Below are positions 21,202 through 34,107 of a DNA stretch of 64,000 nt, one piece after another. The DNA lies in NCBI GenBank assembly GCA_020536535.1, contig JAHLWZ010000596.1, forward strand, positions 37,369 through 101,368. The letters are read 5' to 3'. The notes under the pieces were generated by a model. The model made no database searches, was not told the origin of the DNA, and was given only the letters and a program-made list of their open reading frames with translations. Origin of the DNA: Pelomyxa schiedti. Lineage: Eukaryota; Protista; Evosea. Every line of letters begins with the position of its first letter. The stretch's first letter is position 1. A program made the translations under genes and the position numbers.

Positions 21202-24200
21202 TTAGGACAACAGTGCTGCATGGGCAGAAATTGATTCATAGAACATCTCCTCAAGGACTGAGGAAGTTTCAATGGTGAGTCGCAGGTCATCAGAGTCCAC
21301 AAGTGCCACGTAGCCCTCGTGCCTGCGACGCACTGCGTAGCCCTCACTGTTGGATGTGATGCATGAGAAGTCAGTGGGCAAGAGTGACATGTATGCTGAA
21401 ACAAAGGCCTCATAGTTCTGGGGTGGAACAGCAGCTTGCGGAGGAGGTGTGGGTGAAGTTGTTGTGGTTGAGGATGTTGATGAATCATTGGACTTGGGCT
21501 GCTGGAGAGTGCTGCGTTGTGGGGATACACGGGAGAGCTCCGCGGGAGAGAGGAAGCGGAGAGGGAGAAGCTCGTGGGCACAATGAAGTGGGAGGGAGGT
21601 GAGGGTGCCTCCAGAGGGTGTGGTGTCGGATTTCATTTGAGTCATTGCCACGAGAGAAAAGTGCATGTATCTTGTATTTGGAGTGAAATCAGTTGGTCAT
21701 TGTTTCATTTAGTGGAGATACACTTACGTGTATAAGATGGGCAGTGGCGTTTTTATGCACTCATTTGGTGGGTAAAGAAGGGGTAAATACAACCCGGCCA
21801 AACCCCAGAATGACTAAGAAAGCTTTAACCGAAAATAAATAACTTGGCGGAGTTACCTTCTTGGAATAAATAATAATTGGCCTGGTTTTTTTTTAGGGAC
21901 TAAAGGTTAGCTGGGTTTGACTTGGTTTTTCCTCTACCTTCTCAATACATTTGCAAGTAGGAAAATATGATAATCACCAAGGTAATGCCTTGGATCACTG
22001 ATGCACTCGGTATCAAACATCCGAGTTCTTTCAATCTCTGCAGCAGCAATTTCCACACCATTAGCCTGTCTAAGAAATAAGTTGTTGCACATAGACTCTG
22101 CTATATTTGCACACAGTATTTGCTCACTTGCATAGCGTTCTGACAATTCTTTTTGGTATACTGGATGCTTTGCAAGAACCTGCAGGGAGTTTCTCAGAAT
22201 GTGGGTGGAGTCGACTACTCTCCATAAAGCCAGAGAAGCAGCATGACAGAGGCAATTTCCATCCCCTTCACTTAAACATTAGTTTTAACAGTTAAGAGTC
22301 CTGGCCCATTACCTAAGGTACGATAAATTACGTATTGTGGCAAAAAGTCGTCAGTTGGTATATTTTCACGTAATTCTGCCGTGAAAGCTTTATCAATTAT
22401 TCGATCTTGCACCATGACGCCTTCACGAGATTTGTCAGATTCCTTTGTTCTTACAATCCCAAAGCCTTTTGCCTTGAGAGCTTGATTTCAATCAGAAGAA
22501 AGCCAAGCCAACAAGCCAGAATGCTAAAAACTAACCTGGGAATAGTACTTTAGCCTCAGGTGATGCGAGCATGACAGTGCTGACATCACCCCTCACCGCT
22601 GCCGCCACTTCGTCACTGGCATCCTCCACAGTTATGGGAATGTTGTGAAGTGCCTTCTGCTCCTCAATTTCGCTCTGCTTCATTGACAACTCCATGGCAG
22701 AGTCGATTTCTAGTACGTTCGAGTTGTAATTTTTTAACATTTTGCGTTGCGTGCTGCCGTACGTGTTTGGTCTTCTCTGGACGCCAACAACGCTCGTTGT
22801 AATTCGTCGTCCTCGAGGGACGCCAGCGATGCCGCTAAAACACTGGCCAAATCCATAGATGATGTTTCAAAAAACTTTTGGCTTGGTTTAGGCAGTATTT
22901 TATTATTTAAAACTTACGAGGGATAACTGGTGGGGGCTTTTTGGGTGCTGTGGAAGGTGAATCGGGGGTGAACGAGGATTTGTTGTGGATTGAGTCTTTG
23001 GGGAGCCCGGGGGCTTCTTTGTGTGGTGGGTGATGTTGTTGTGGGGAAGCTGTGGGTGCGGACTGAAATTTGGTTGGTGGGGGAGGGGATGGTCTGTTGA
23101 GTGCAGGGTGGTGCGTGGATTCGGTGCCGTGGGTTTCAGGGAGTGTTGGGGAAGTTTTGGTGGAGTGGAATGTTTGTGGAGTGGCCGGGGATGGCGATGG
23201 CGATGGTGAAGATAACTTAGATGGTGGGGGCGGAGGTTGCTTTACTGGAGCTCCGGGTGCTCTCGTTGTTGGACTGGTTGACGTCGAAGCTGTTGTTGTT
23301 GTTGACGAACTTGCTGGGGTGCTACCGAGGGGACGCTGTGATTCTTTGGGTGTCGGTGGTGTAGCGTACGAGTGGGGGGATGGGTGGTTCGCAGGTGGAG
23401 CCGCATGGGAATGTGGCTGTGGCGGTGTGGGTTGTGCCGGTGGAAGAGGAGGTGGTGGAGTAGACCCAGAGGAAGATAATGAGCTGCTTGATAGATCATC
23501 GGCTTCCACCTCATTACCGCCCTCATGGGTTCCGCCAACACGGTTCCCAATTTTGTGCGCTTGTTGAATGGCAGCCTTTCTTGCTTTGGAAGCTTTGTGG
23601 GCAGTACTACGGGCTGCTTTATTGAGGAATTTAACAGCACTCGCTTTGCTTGGAATGTGTGAAGTGGGAGAATCGGAAAGCTCTGAAGAGTCATCAGAGG
23701 AGGAAGGGTCAGCAGCAAGGTTATCAGTTGAAACATCTAACCCCTTGTAAAGTGAGTGACATCTGGAAATTACTCACGATATTGACCTTAAATAGCATAG
23801 TAAAGTGCTCAAGCATGAAGGTCATAAGCTCATTTGCATAGTTGGAATCTTCCAGCATTACAGAAATATCACCTCCAGCAGGTCGGAGAATGTTGGGTCC
23901 AAAGACTTCGTTGAAGGTTATTTATTTTTTAATGCACAACAAAATACCAATTGCAAGGTTGGCTGCTTTCATTTTATTCTCATTTGAATGAGAAGCCACT
24001 CTTGTGAGGAAAGAAACTAAATACTTCAACAGTATGAGGTTTTGCCTAGTGTGCCAGGTTGGAGCTTCAAGTTTCATAAAGAATAGTACGCACTTGGGAA
24101 TGAACTGAAAAACTTGCCGAATTTTGTTTGCTTTGAGCTCAACATCAGGCACAGCTGGGGAAAGTGAGAATTATAATCTACAGTATAATGGAGTAAACCT

Positions 24201-24702
24201 ATAGCTGCAATAAACATATCGTACTGCAAAGTGTTGGTTCATTAAAATGAAGAAGCTTGCTTACCATATCAAACGTCAGTAGGGCTTCAGGAAGTTCCCT
24301 TCGAATATTTAGAGGGGTTTTCGCATTTTTATTGAAGCCAACCTAAACCATAATTTAAGTAGCCCAGCAACAGCATGAGGGTCACAAGGCGCCAGAGCTG
24401 ACAGGTCGGGGGTCTCCCCTCTGTCATAACGCGCTTTCATATCTAAGACCAAATTTTGATTGCCACTCTGCCGAAACAGCCCCTCCAACTGGGGGAAAGG
24501 GAAAAAAAAAGATGGGGTTTAGAAACGTAAGGAGTAACAAGGGGTAACATACTTCCAGGAAATTTTTGCCTGGCGTTTCCAAGTATTCTACACACTGGCT
24601 TACAATTGGAGGTATGGCATTGTTGGCTTTCAAGGGGCGGCCAAAGACAAGGTTTTTGTGCTTCTTCGACGTTCTCAAAGAAGAAGACGCCGACGAACTC
24701 AT
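21202..24702 (-). CDS. RhoGAP - Pro/Ser/Thr-rich linker - UIM(s) - A20/OTUD7-type OTU deubiquitinase fusion
   Basis: RhoGAP: VFGRPL..IPPIVSQCVEYL, EGLFRQSG, DPHAVAGLLKLWFRELPE, NKMKAANLAIVFGPNIL. UIM: EDDELQRALLASRED. OTU: RTLGDGNCLCHAASLALW, HIFLLANVLRRPIIIYS, AGLYLPLLYPPNECIKTPLPILY, MHFSLV. Confidence 0.82.
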
Positions 24703-25883
24703 CTTACTTTGCGCCCAGCTTAAATAGAGTCGTTACTGGTCAGCACCACCCACTCACTCTTTTTACGTTTCTCTTTTTCCTTGTGGCCATCAATTCGAGA
24801 TCTGCTGTACAACTGAGGGCTCCCATTCGCTCAGGGAAACCACTGTCAATGCGAAAGCATGGCACGTGTGCCGACAAAGCAAAATCTGCTTGACACGTGA
24901 CATTCGATCCCAAAACAGAAGACGCTACGAAATGGTTGTTTGATTTCACTAAAAAAAAAGAATGTACGGGGGGCGGCCACGTGTGTCGTGGTGGGAATGG
25001 GCCAAGGGGATGGTGTGGGGAGGACTAGATTTCTTCACTCTTTTGTGCGTTAGATCTTGTTGTATATACTCACGCTGACTCTTTTTTTCCCCCCCCACTA
25101 GCTTCCAGACTTTGATTGGTGTATGCAACTGACTTATGCCATGCCATGCCTTTAACGCATTTTAGCCACTTTCGTCTGGCACTATAGATAACGTGCGAAA
25201 AGTTGGAGGAGGCACGGGAGGAACAGGGCCAAATTCTAGAGGACCTGGGCCAGGAAAAAAACCAATGGGGAGAATTAACAGTGCTAGTATGTTGACACTC
25301 ACGTTTGGGGTGCTTATGCAATTTTACCATCTTAGGTGCTATGGACTGCTCAATGGCTGGGGGAGGATGAGGGCGTAGATAGACACGAAGCCTTGTAAAG
25401 TAAATGTATGCGTACATTACCTTTTTAAAGTACCATTTTCTGAATTCTCCTTACCAAACACACAGTTTGACTTCCGCTTCGTGTCTCGCCGTCCGTCTGT
25501 GGTGATAAAGTGCATGGAGGTGATCCCATAACACGTCAATCCACTTGTGGGCTGTGTTCTTGGGTGAATGTGCACCACATCCCCACATAATGCCAAAAGT
25601 TTTCCTTAAATTTCTGGTGAAAAAAAATGCTTTTCTTTCTCTTCCTCCATTGTATAAAAAGTTCTGTTCTGAACGAAAAAAAAAAGTGGTATACTTCTCG
25701 ATTTTGCGTGTCATCCTTGCGCAGGGGCCATGCTAATCTTCTCTGTATTGTTCCAATTTTAACGGATGACCTGGTTTCCCAGGCTCCAAAGAAAAACCAC
25801 TCCTTTTGGGCTTTTTAAGGTCGAAAAAGTCTGTCCACAAAAATTATGGGTTCGGGAAAAACCGGAAAGTCCTGTTTCGCCAA

Positions 25884-27910
25884 ATGGGAGCCACAAACGG
25901 CAAGGGTGCTTCTGTGGGTGGAGGGGCTGACTATGACGACTATGATGAACGGGTCTTCTATGTGTCGGGCAAGAAGAACCCCTTGTACTACGTTTCCGTG
26001 CGCGATGCCAGCAACTCACTGAGCGGGCCCATTGATATGTTCGAGGATGTTCACCCAACAGGCGACAGGGCCGCCCTATCTTCGCTCCGAGAGTACCTCG
26101 AGGCCCACGGCTCCTCGTCCTCGTCGTCATCCTCATCCTCCTCCTCCTCTTCCGAGTGCCGTACGGTTAAGAGACTGACACAAGCAGTTGTCAAGTCGTG
26201 CCCGACGCCCGCAGATTGCTACTGCGTGATGGCCGAGTGGGCGACGCCCGTGGTGCTGGCGGCCAAGGCGCGGCGGGCCGACCTCGTGGAGTGCATGGGC
26301 GCGGTGGTCGCCGGCCGCTTCGGCGCCGCCACCGCGCGCGCCATCTTCCGCCACGGCGGCGGGCCGGGCGGCGAGACTGCGCTCAAGATCGCGGCGCACC
26401 GCGGGGACGCGGACACCGCGAGGGCCCTGCTGAGATACGGGGGGTTCGGCGCGGACTCTGCCGCGGCCGTGGAGGTGGCCGCGGGCGAGGGCAGGGTGGA
26501 GGTCCTGCGGTGCCTGCTGGAGCGCGGGGGGAAGGCGCCCGTGGGCGCGTTCTACATGGTGTGCGAGGCGCTGGACAGGAGGACCGAGGGGGCCAAGGAG
26601 TGCCTGGCGGTGCTGGCCAGGGCCGAGCCGGCCTGCCTCCCTGCCGCGCTGCTGTACTCTTGTGGGCTGCCGGAGCTGTATGCCCTGGATTCCGTGGTGC
26701 AGCTGGGCGTGCCTTTGAGTGACTTGGAGCCGCCGGGATCAACTTGCAAGGTTGGAAGCAAGGAGCTGGAGGCTCTGTGCAAGTCCAACGCCAAGTGGGT
26801 GCACCGGAAAATCGAAATCGTCATTGGACTCGGTGCGGACGTGACTTCTGAGGGCTGTATGAGACTCCTTCTCTCCGCTATTGCTAACTGTGCTTCTGAC
26901 GACTGGGCGACTGCTGCCGAATTTCTTATGGGTAAGATGGGACTTGGTGGGGAATTCTCTGTCGCGGTACTAAAATCCAAGGCGGCAACCGCCTTGGAGT
27001 ACGCATTCCTCCAAGGATTCCCGAGTTGCGCTTTGGGGTGGCTAATATCCAGAGGGGCAAAGGTAACCTCATTTTGTATTATCAGAGCTGTCGAACAAAT
27101 CACTGAAGACACACTCGACGTGTTAATAAAACAAGGGCATATTGATGTCAATTCATCTGTACCTTCAAAAGCATGGGGAGAGTGCTGTCTGCTGCGATAC
27201 GCTTTCCTAGCTAACCGACCCAAATCTGCTCTCCTATTGGTTGCAAATGGTGCAACTCTACCAGACCCACTTCCTAGTGAAAATGACTGGGTACCAGCCA
27301 CATGTGCCCTTCTTTGTGCTAGTGGCAAGTATGCAGCAAGCACATTCCCTACTTTCCTACAAACTTTTCCCCGAGCTGTTAACAGCCTCACCAAATCCCT
27401 CATTTCAGATTGGTACATCACCCCGCTCTTCATCGCCTCGGTTCAAGGTGTTTCAACCAATGTGAAGACACTCTTGAAATGCAGAGCTGATACCAACTTT
27501 GCGTGGAGCGAAAGGCCGAACCTCACAGCCCTGACTGGAATTCTTAAAGACTTCCACAAAATCAAGCATGTTCCCATTCTGGAGCTATTACTGCACTCTG
27601 GGGCCAAACTCCACGACGTCAGCGTACCCGGTGCCGAGGAATTATGGGCTTCCCTGGAAACAAAGCACCTCTTTCAGGTACCCTTCTGTTTTATAAACAC
27701 TTGAACGAGAAAGAACTAACACCAATCAAAATGAAGTTTTATGCATGGTACCGCGTTGCAATTACAGTGTGTGTGAGCAGGACAAAGCGTTGTGGTGGAT
27801 CATGTTGTCTGGCGGTGTTAACGGAAGAAATGGTGCTTTGTGTGATCAAAATGCTGCAAAGAGATAGTGCTGGCTGGGATTGTAAAACTACTTTTCTTGT
27901 ACTTCAATAG
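25884..27910 (+). CDS. Ankyrin-repeat protein
   Basis: ETALKIAAHRGDADTARALLRYG, AAGEGRVEVLRCLLERG and TPLFIASVQG..NVKTLLKCRADTN. One large exon plus a short terminal exon. Confidence 0.8.
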
Positions 27911-27924
27911 AAACTCTGTACACA

Positions 27925-30900
27925 TCAAGCAAAGTAGTGGATGTTGGTTGCCCGTCCCTCAAGTAAAGCTTGCATCTGAGCCTCATCAAACAGGTGCTTG
28001 TAGAGGTGCCAAGTGGATCCTTGGTGTGTGTGCCAAAACTGTTGTAAAGCGGCTTTGGCAGAGGTAATTGTAAAGGTAGGCTCTGAGCTTGATGCGATAT
28101 CTGCTAGAAGAGAAACAAGTCGAGGGGCATACGGGGGAACTGAATATGGACAGGTTGCCAGTAGGGCACATAGACCAAGAACGCCACCTGGGTAACGTGT
28201 TACTTTATTGGAGTTGTGGCTCTTCCATACCATGTCTTGCCTCTGGAGAAGTACCGGTTGTAGCCTCTTTAAGGAATCGTGAAGCTAGGGCATCAAGGCC
28301 AGTTGGGGCAGACATATCATAGGGTGTATTTACAATTGGGCACTGCAGTAAAGACCCAAGTGATTGGCTCGCCATATTTCGGACTTCGATCTGTGGGGAC
28401 TTAAACTTTGGTACTTGCAGTTTCACATAGTTACCGTATTATGGGACAACATTGAGATGACGAAATCAAACCTGTAAAAGTGAGTTTGACAGAAGAATAA
28501 ACCCATACAATTCAGATGCATCAGTAGGACTCAAACAAAAGGCAAAATTGTAGCCAAGGATCTGTATAAAAGGAAGAGCACAGTTGTGGATGTGCCATTT
28601 AACTCCCGGGGCTCCAGTAATGGACCTAACGTACCCCAACACCTGCGCAAATGGAAAAGCTTTGTGTGGGAGAATTGCCTACGTGCAGGTAAGTTAGAAG
28701 AGGATATATCTTTCCATGCCTCCGCAATCGTGGCAAGAAGCTGTCTGGCTTCCTTGGAAGTCTCTGGGTTTTCAGCAGTAGCCAAAGAGAATACTGTACC
28801 CAGAACAAATTGCATACTTGGTGCTAACGAAATAATCCATCCAGATTGGATTGTGTGAGTCCTGTTAATTCGTGAATTGCAAAGCCTCTTTAGGCAGTAA
28901 ATACACAAATCCCAGAAAGCCTCTTCCTATTGTATCCTGATCTTCCTGGCGGCCGGAAGTAATAGACTGGAATTCCGTCATAAGTGAAGCCAGAATACTG
29001 TTGTATAAATCTGGAACTACGCATATTAATTAGAGTTTCACTTCACTCTTAACACACTTTGCTGGCATTTTGAGAGGAGAGATGCAATAAACTTTCCAGC
29101 GTCTCTTCTGATAACATCATACTCGCTACTCAGAAGGGATACCACGCCTGAATTAGCAAATTGATTGTATACAATTCCCGTGTGAACTTCTGCTAAAAAC
29201 GCAGTTGCACATTTGGTACTGTTTGCAACTTGAAGAGATTTTGAAGTACTCCTAGATGCTACAGAGTGCGCGAGCATAGTTTCAACTACGCCAGCCACAA
29301 TTTGTTGTTGGTTTGAGTTGGTATGGTGTATCCCATAACGTAAAGCAGTGCACCAATGTTCCACTGTTGTCATAGGTGCATTGGTGAGGCATTCAATTAC
29401 TATTTTTGTCCATGCTCTTATATGTGGTCCGCCTTCTGTACTCTTCATTCCTGCTCGCAAGCAACCTGCTGTAACTTCCGCACAAATACACGCTAGTCCT
29501 TCAGCTTCTTCACTTCCAGCAGAGGTATTTACTTCAATCAGAAGTGTATTAACACAATTCAGGCAAATTTGCTGGAGTTCGCCGTTGCGTTGGACAGATC
29601 TCTTGAAGAAATCCGCGATTACAAAATTAAAGAGTGGGGATGCAATAGCAGGCCGGAACTGTGATTGAAGACGTAAAACAAGTCGTGGAGACAACAAGGA
29701 AGCCAATTGGTGTTCGATGGGCTCTGTTGACAAAAGAGAGAACAAGGCTTGTAAATCTCCAAACATTGTTCCCATTCCAGGCCTTTTTCTTCCTTCATTG
29801 GCATTGCTCTCACGTATTTGTTGAGCGCGGTCACTGGCCATTTGTTTAAGAAGGGAGGTGATGTCACTACATGAAGTATGTAGTGGTGAAATGTGCTTAC
29901 TATATGCGTGTGCAGAGGTAATAGCGATACTGCGTACAGGTGGGAATGGCGATGTGAGGGCCAGCCACAAATACTCCGGTACCTCAGGTGAAGCAAAGGG
30001 TAACCCAAATCGCCTCATTTCTAGGGCAACAGCGGTCAGGAAAGAGACACATAATAAGTCATGCCGCCAATGGCTTTTTGGAGAGGAAGTTATTGTTGTC
30101 AGAATCTTTCCCAGGGCAACTTGGTCTTCTTCGTGCCTCTGCAAGAGAGTACTATAACCACGTTGTGTGTCCTCATCCAAATGACGCAATGCACTGCAGG
30201 TGCTGGGAAGTGAGGGGCCAACCCAGGTTCGATTTGGAGTGGGTTGAGGTTGAACCATGGGTGGCTGGAAAGAATTCAGAAGAGCTCCAAAGAAGGTGAA
30301 AAGAGTGATTTGCAATTTCTGTCCTTCCAAGATTCCTACAGCTGTGCATAGTGCTCTGATGACAAGAAAGAACATTTCCCACCGAGACATTATACGTCGG
30401 CGCAGAGGTGGCGACAATAGCAACATAGCAGCCCCCCTTAAAGCTCCTTCATGCTCCTCCATACTGGAGAAGGTTGTTGATGAGTTCACGACATTTAACA
30501 CTTCAGGCAACATGGAGTCATCTACCAGCTCTGGATGTTGTTTTGCACCAATTACCAGCGCCCAGAAGGCTGGCGTCCGAATTGTGGAGAAGGGGGAGCA
30601 TAGTAATTTCACTAAGTGTGTGATAAGATCAGCAACAAGAGCGTCATGTGACCCCGCTGTTTGGCAGGCCTGTTTAACTCGTTGCAGATGATGTGAATAC
30701 GCCTGTATTACTGTTACATATTGTAAATTGAAACGAGCGAAGGTGCCTTCATAATCGCGAAAGTTCGGCATCGATGTTTACCACCAGGAGTCTTCCATTT
30801 CTTTAGAATCATGAATTGCTGTGTTCGAACTGCTCTATGCTCTTGAAAAATGGCACTTCCAAGTGCAGCTTGTGCCACAAGGGCCGCCGTTTCTAAAACT

Positions 30901-33824
30901 GTAACTTCACCTTCCCCAACACCAACAGATCCAATATGCAAGAAAAGACTACACAATATTTCAGCAGACTCCTTACGTAGATTTCGAGTTATCGTTTGTG
31001 CACCACAGAATATGTAGGGATGTGTGAGACTTGCGAGGCCCTGGAAATTAGATATACGACCGAGAGTTGGGCTGGCGGCAATGGGTAGCAGTATAGAGCT
31101 AGCTCCATCTAAAATGCTCCTATATAAAATGAGGAAAGGGGAAACTAGAGAGGTAGGAACTTGATAATTCTTAGGGATGATACGAGAGAAGCAGAAATCT
31201 GAGACCCCCGCTTCTTGTTGTTTATTACACTTATGATATTTGCTGCAGCACTATTAAAGAATTGTGTGATAATTTCCCCCACAAGATTCATCTCCTCTAA
31301 AGAGGGCTCATGCCATACAACTCCATTTCTCAGTATTCGGCAAGGTAGAAAAGCCAACTCACGCCATAACTGAGTGTTGGCAAAGGGGGGAACAGTCCCT
31401 TCAGCCCAAGAAACTTCCTGAGTAGGGCGGTATTCGAGAGGATATGTGGAACAGACACCCTGGAGTATTTTATTCATTGCAAGAGCAGTGGCCTTAGAAA
31501 TAACTAGATTCTCACTTGAATATGCAGATTTAAGGATTTCCATTATCTGCTTCCAACTTTGAAGCACGTATCCTGCACTGGATGAACAAGTAGCCCCTAA
31601 GACACCCAAAAACCATTCTACTTCAGGTGCCTCCTCAGTGTGCTCAGCCAAGTGGCCATCGCATAGTAAATTGGAATGACAAATTTTGATGAAGTATGGT
31701 AGAGCAACGCTAGGGTTTGCAAGGGTACAACAGGAAACAATAATTTCCACATATTCTATTGCATCTATCGCTATCGTGTTCTCTACAAACCGGCCAACTC
31801 TGCGCATAAGTTGAACATACACATGTGGTGGTACCAGTGAAAACAAAATACTAAACAGTGCCTTCAGAAGTGATGCAAATAATTTGTGAGTCCACTTGGT
31901 ATCTTTGCCTTCAGGGCTTTCAAGACTTTTCACAGTGTCCAAAACTTTATCTAAGACAATGCTTGGGAATTGTGACATGTGTTTGAAGTCGGTTCCAAAG
32001 GACTCTCTTGAGTTATCTGCAAGTATGGGAACTATTGTGCATATACGATAGTAGAGCTTGAGGGCTGCTATTGTGGTATCCAAGTCATTGGGATTAATGC
32101 AATTTGGAAGGGTATTCTGAAGGATGCGGTACAAGTGCTTTGAGCCAGCGTCTTCCAAGGTTAGCAGTGGGTGAATAAATGCTGCTACAGCATCGATGGC
32201 ACAGCGTCGATAATGAGGATGTTCCGCCGTGTTTTCTGATACGTCTTCTGGGCTAAGGGCACTGTAGATTCGTGGGAGTACTAACTCAAAAACGGTGTGT
32301 GGTGCTATATATGCTAGATGCATAAGAGATGCACAGGCCTGTACTGATACAGGTGTAGAATGCACGAAAATTGAGGGAAGTAAAGCATTAGAAACAAGTG
32401 ACATAATAAGAGGCGATCCTTCCCCGATGGCACATGACGTGCAAGTCGTATTAGAATCATCAACAGAGTTTGACTCACATTGAACCAGGTATCTACACAG
32501 TGAATTGGAAAAAGTCTGCAGCTGAGCCACCCAAAAGCCAGTGTTTGAGGGCTGGTAGTACGAACTCAAACTTGCCAGAAAGCGACATGCATAAGACTCG
32601 CCAACATTCCCACTAATTGCTGCTGAGGCTACAAGCTTAGCAGCAGATTTAGCGTGTTTTTGGTGCTGACTGGAGAACAGTAAGATTTTTTGTGCGTGAG
32701 GCAGACCCTGTCTTTTTATACGAGGTAAGGGTGTTCCTGCTACACTCATTCCAAAGAGAAAGGAAAGTCTTGAAAATAAGAAGTCCAGATGAGATACAAT
32801 GCAAGCGGGTTTATGCTTGGCAATACGCCCAATAAGATTGATAAAGGCCTCATTCCAGTGTTTATTATTTTGGACAAGTGACCATATCCTGATATAGTCT
32901 GGCAATAGATCACCAGTTTGAGTTGATGGAGTGAATAGTGCAAGTAGAACTCCGGCCCGAAGACACACTGGACAATCGCCTGGTGGAAGTACAGGTTCTA
33001 TCAAGGAATGACAACTCGTAAAGGTAGTAAGAATTTCTGAAGGGGAACTGGGAGGAAAAAAGGGTCTACAACGAAGAACGAGTTGATACAAGGTACCTTG
33101 GAAGCAGTTAATATTGATATTGAGGGTTGTAAATATAATGACCTGGCTGAATTTTGGAGAGTTTATTTGAAGAACCAATTCGGAAGGTGGGGTAATCCAG
33201 CTCCCGTACAAGCAGGTCATATAGAGGTCTCCAATCTAGCTGCAAACTGTTTTTCTCCTCCGCCACACCACCTTTTTTGTTCTTCAACTCTTTCAGGTGT
33301 TGAAGGACACGGCACAGAGGAGCTGCACATTCATAGGCAATCCCACTCGGAACGGTATCGCATTTCCCAGCATTGCATATGAGGCTGTATATCTCACGGA
33401 CCACGAAAGTGAGAGCCTCTTCTTTACTCTTTAAACGCGACGCCTCATCTGGATCAATCGAGGGCCTACTGGGGCACTTGTGGTACTTGTGGCCAAGCCA
33501 CTTAGAAAGCTCCCTCAAGAAAAAAGGAACTCCACGCTGCACAGGGAAAAAAATTTCAGGTAAGAAGAAGAACAAGAAGCAAAAGCTAAAGGATACCAAA
33601 ATATCCCCGATAGTGAGACTGTATTGTAAGCCGTTCATGATCGTCCTAAGACCTTCTTCACCTTCACCAGCTCTCACTGCGGCGTAACTAGGCGGCAAAA
33701 ACTTGCCAACTCCACCCATCTCCATCTCTGCTTGAGGTGGCGCCGCCGTTGGTGCCAAAGTCTTAACTGCAGCCGTAACTTCCGTCGTTGTTGGCGTGAT
33801 ATTCACGTTGTCCGTTGACGCCAT
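27925..33824 (-). CDS. PSME4: Proteasome activator PA200/Blm10
   Basis: LQLDWRPLYDLL, SYYQPSNTGFW, INPNDLDTT, GGVLGLCALLATCPYSVP and FWHTHQ. C-terminal HbYX-like end HYFA*. Long HEAT-like exons. Confidence 0.88.
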
Positions 33825-34107
33825 CCCCAAAAGTGCTCGTGTCTATTGGGTAGTGGAGATCGGTTTTTTTTTTTTTTTTTTTTGATTAATTTATGAAAAA
33901 ATTTCCACGTTTGTTCCACCGACCGTCAATTGGGTGTTGCAGGGAACTACTGCCGGACAACAAATTGTTAGCGGCCGAAATGCACCTCTGCGTCAGCATC
34001 AGATTGGAAAAATCAAAAAAGGAACGTATACACAGGGAAACAAATGGTTTCGTTTGGTTGGTTTCTGATTAGTTACTGGGGAAGGTGATACAGCAATGGG
34101 GGATGTT

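Noticed and set aside
21202-21666. Stand-alone 154-aa gene
   Set aside because: It is better explained as the last exon of the RhoGAP-OTU gene, supplying the catalytic His (MHFSLV).
24950-25800. Short ORFs between the RhoGAP and ankyrin genes
   Set aside because: No recognisable motif or consistent exon chain could be built.
27925-27940. PA200 C-terminus YFA instead of YYA
   Set aside because: A conservative aromatic variant of the HbYX-type motif; not evidence of new function.
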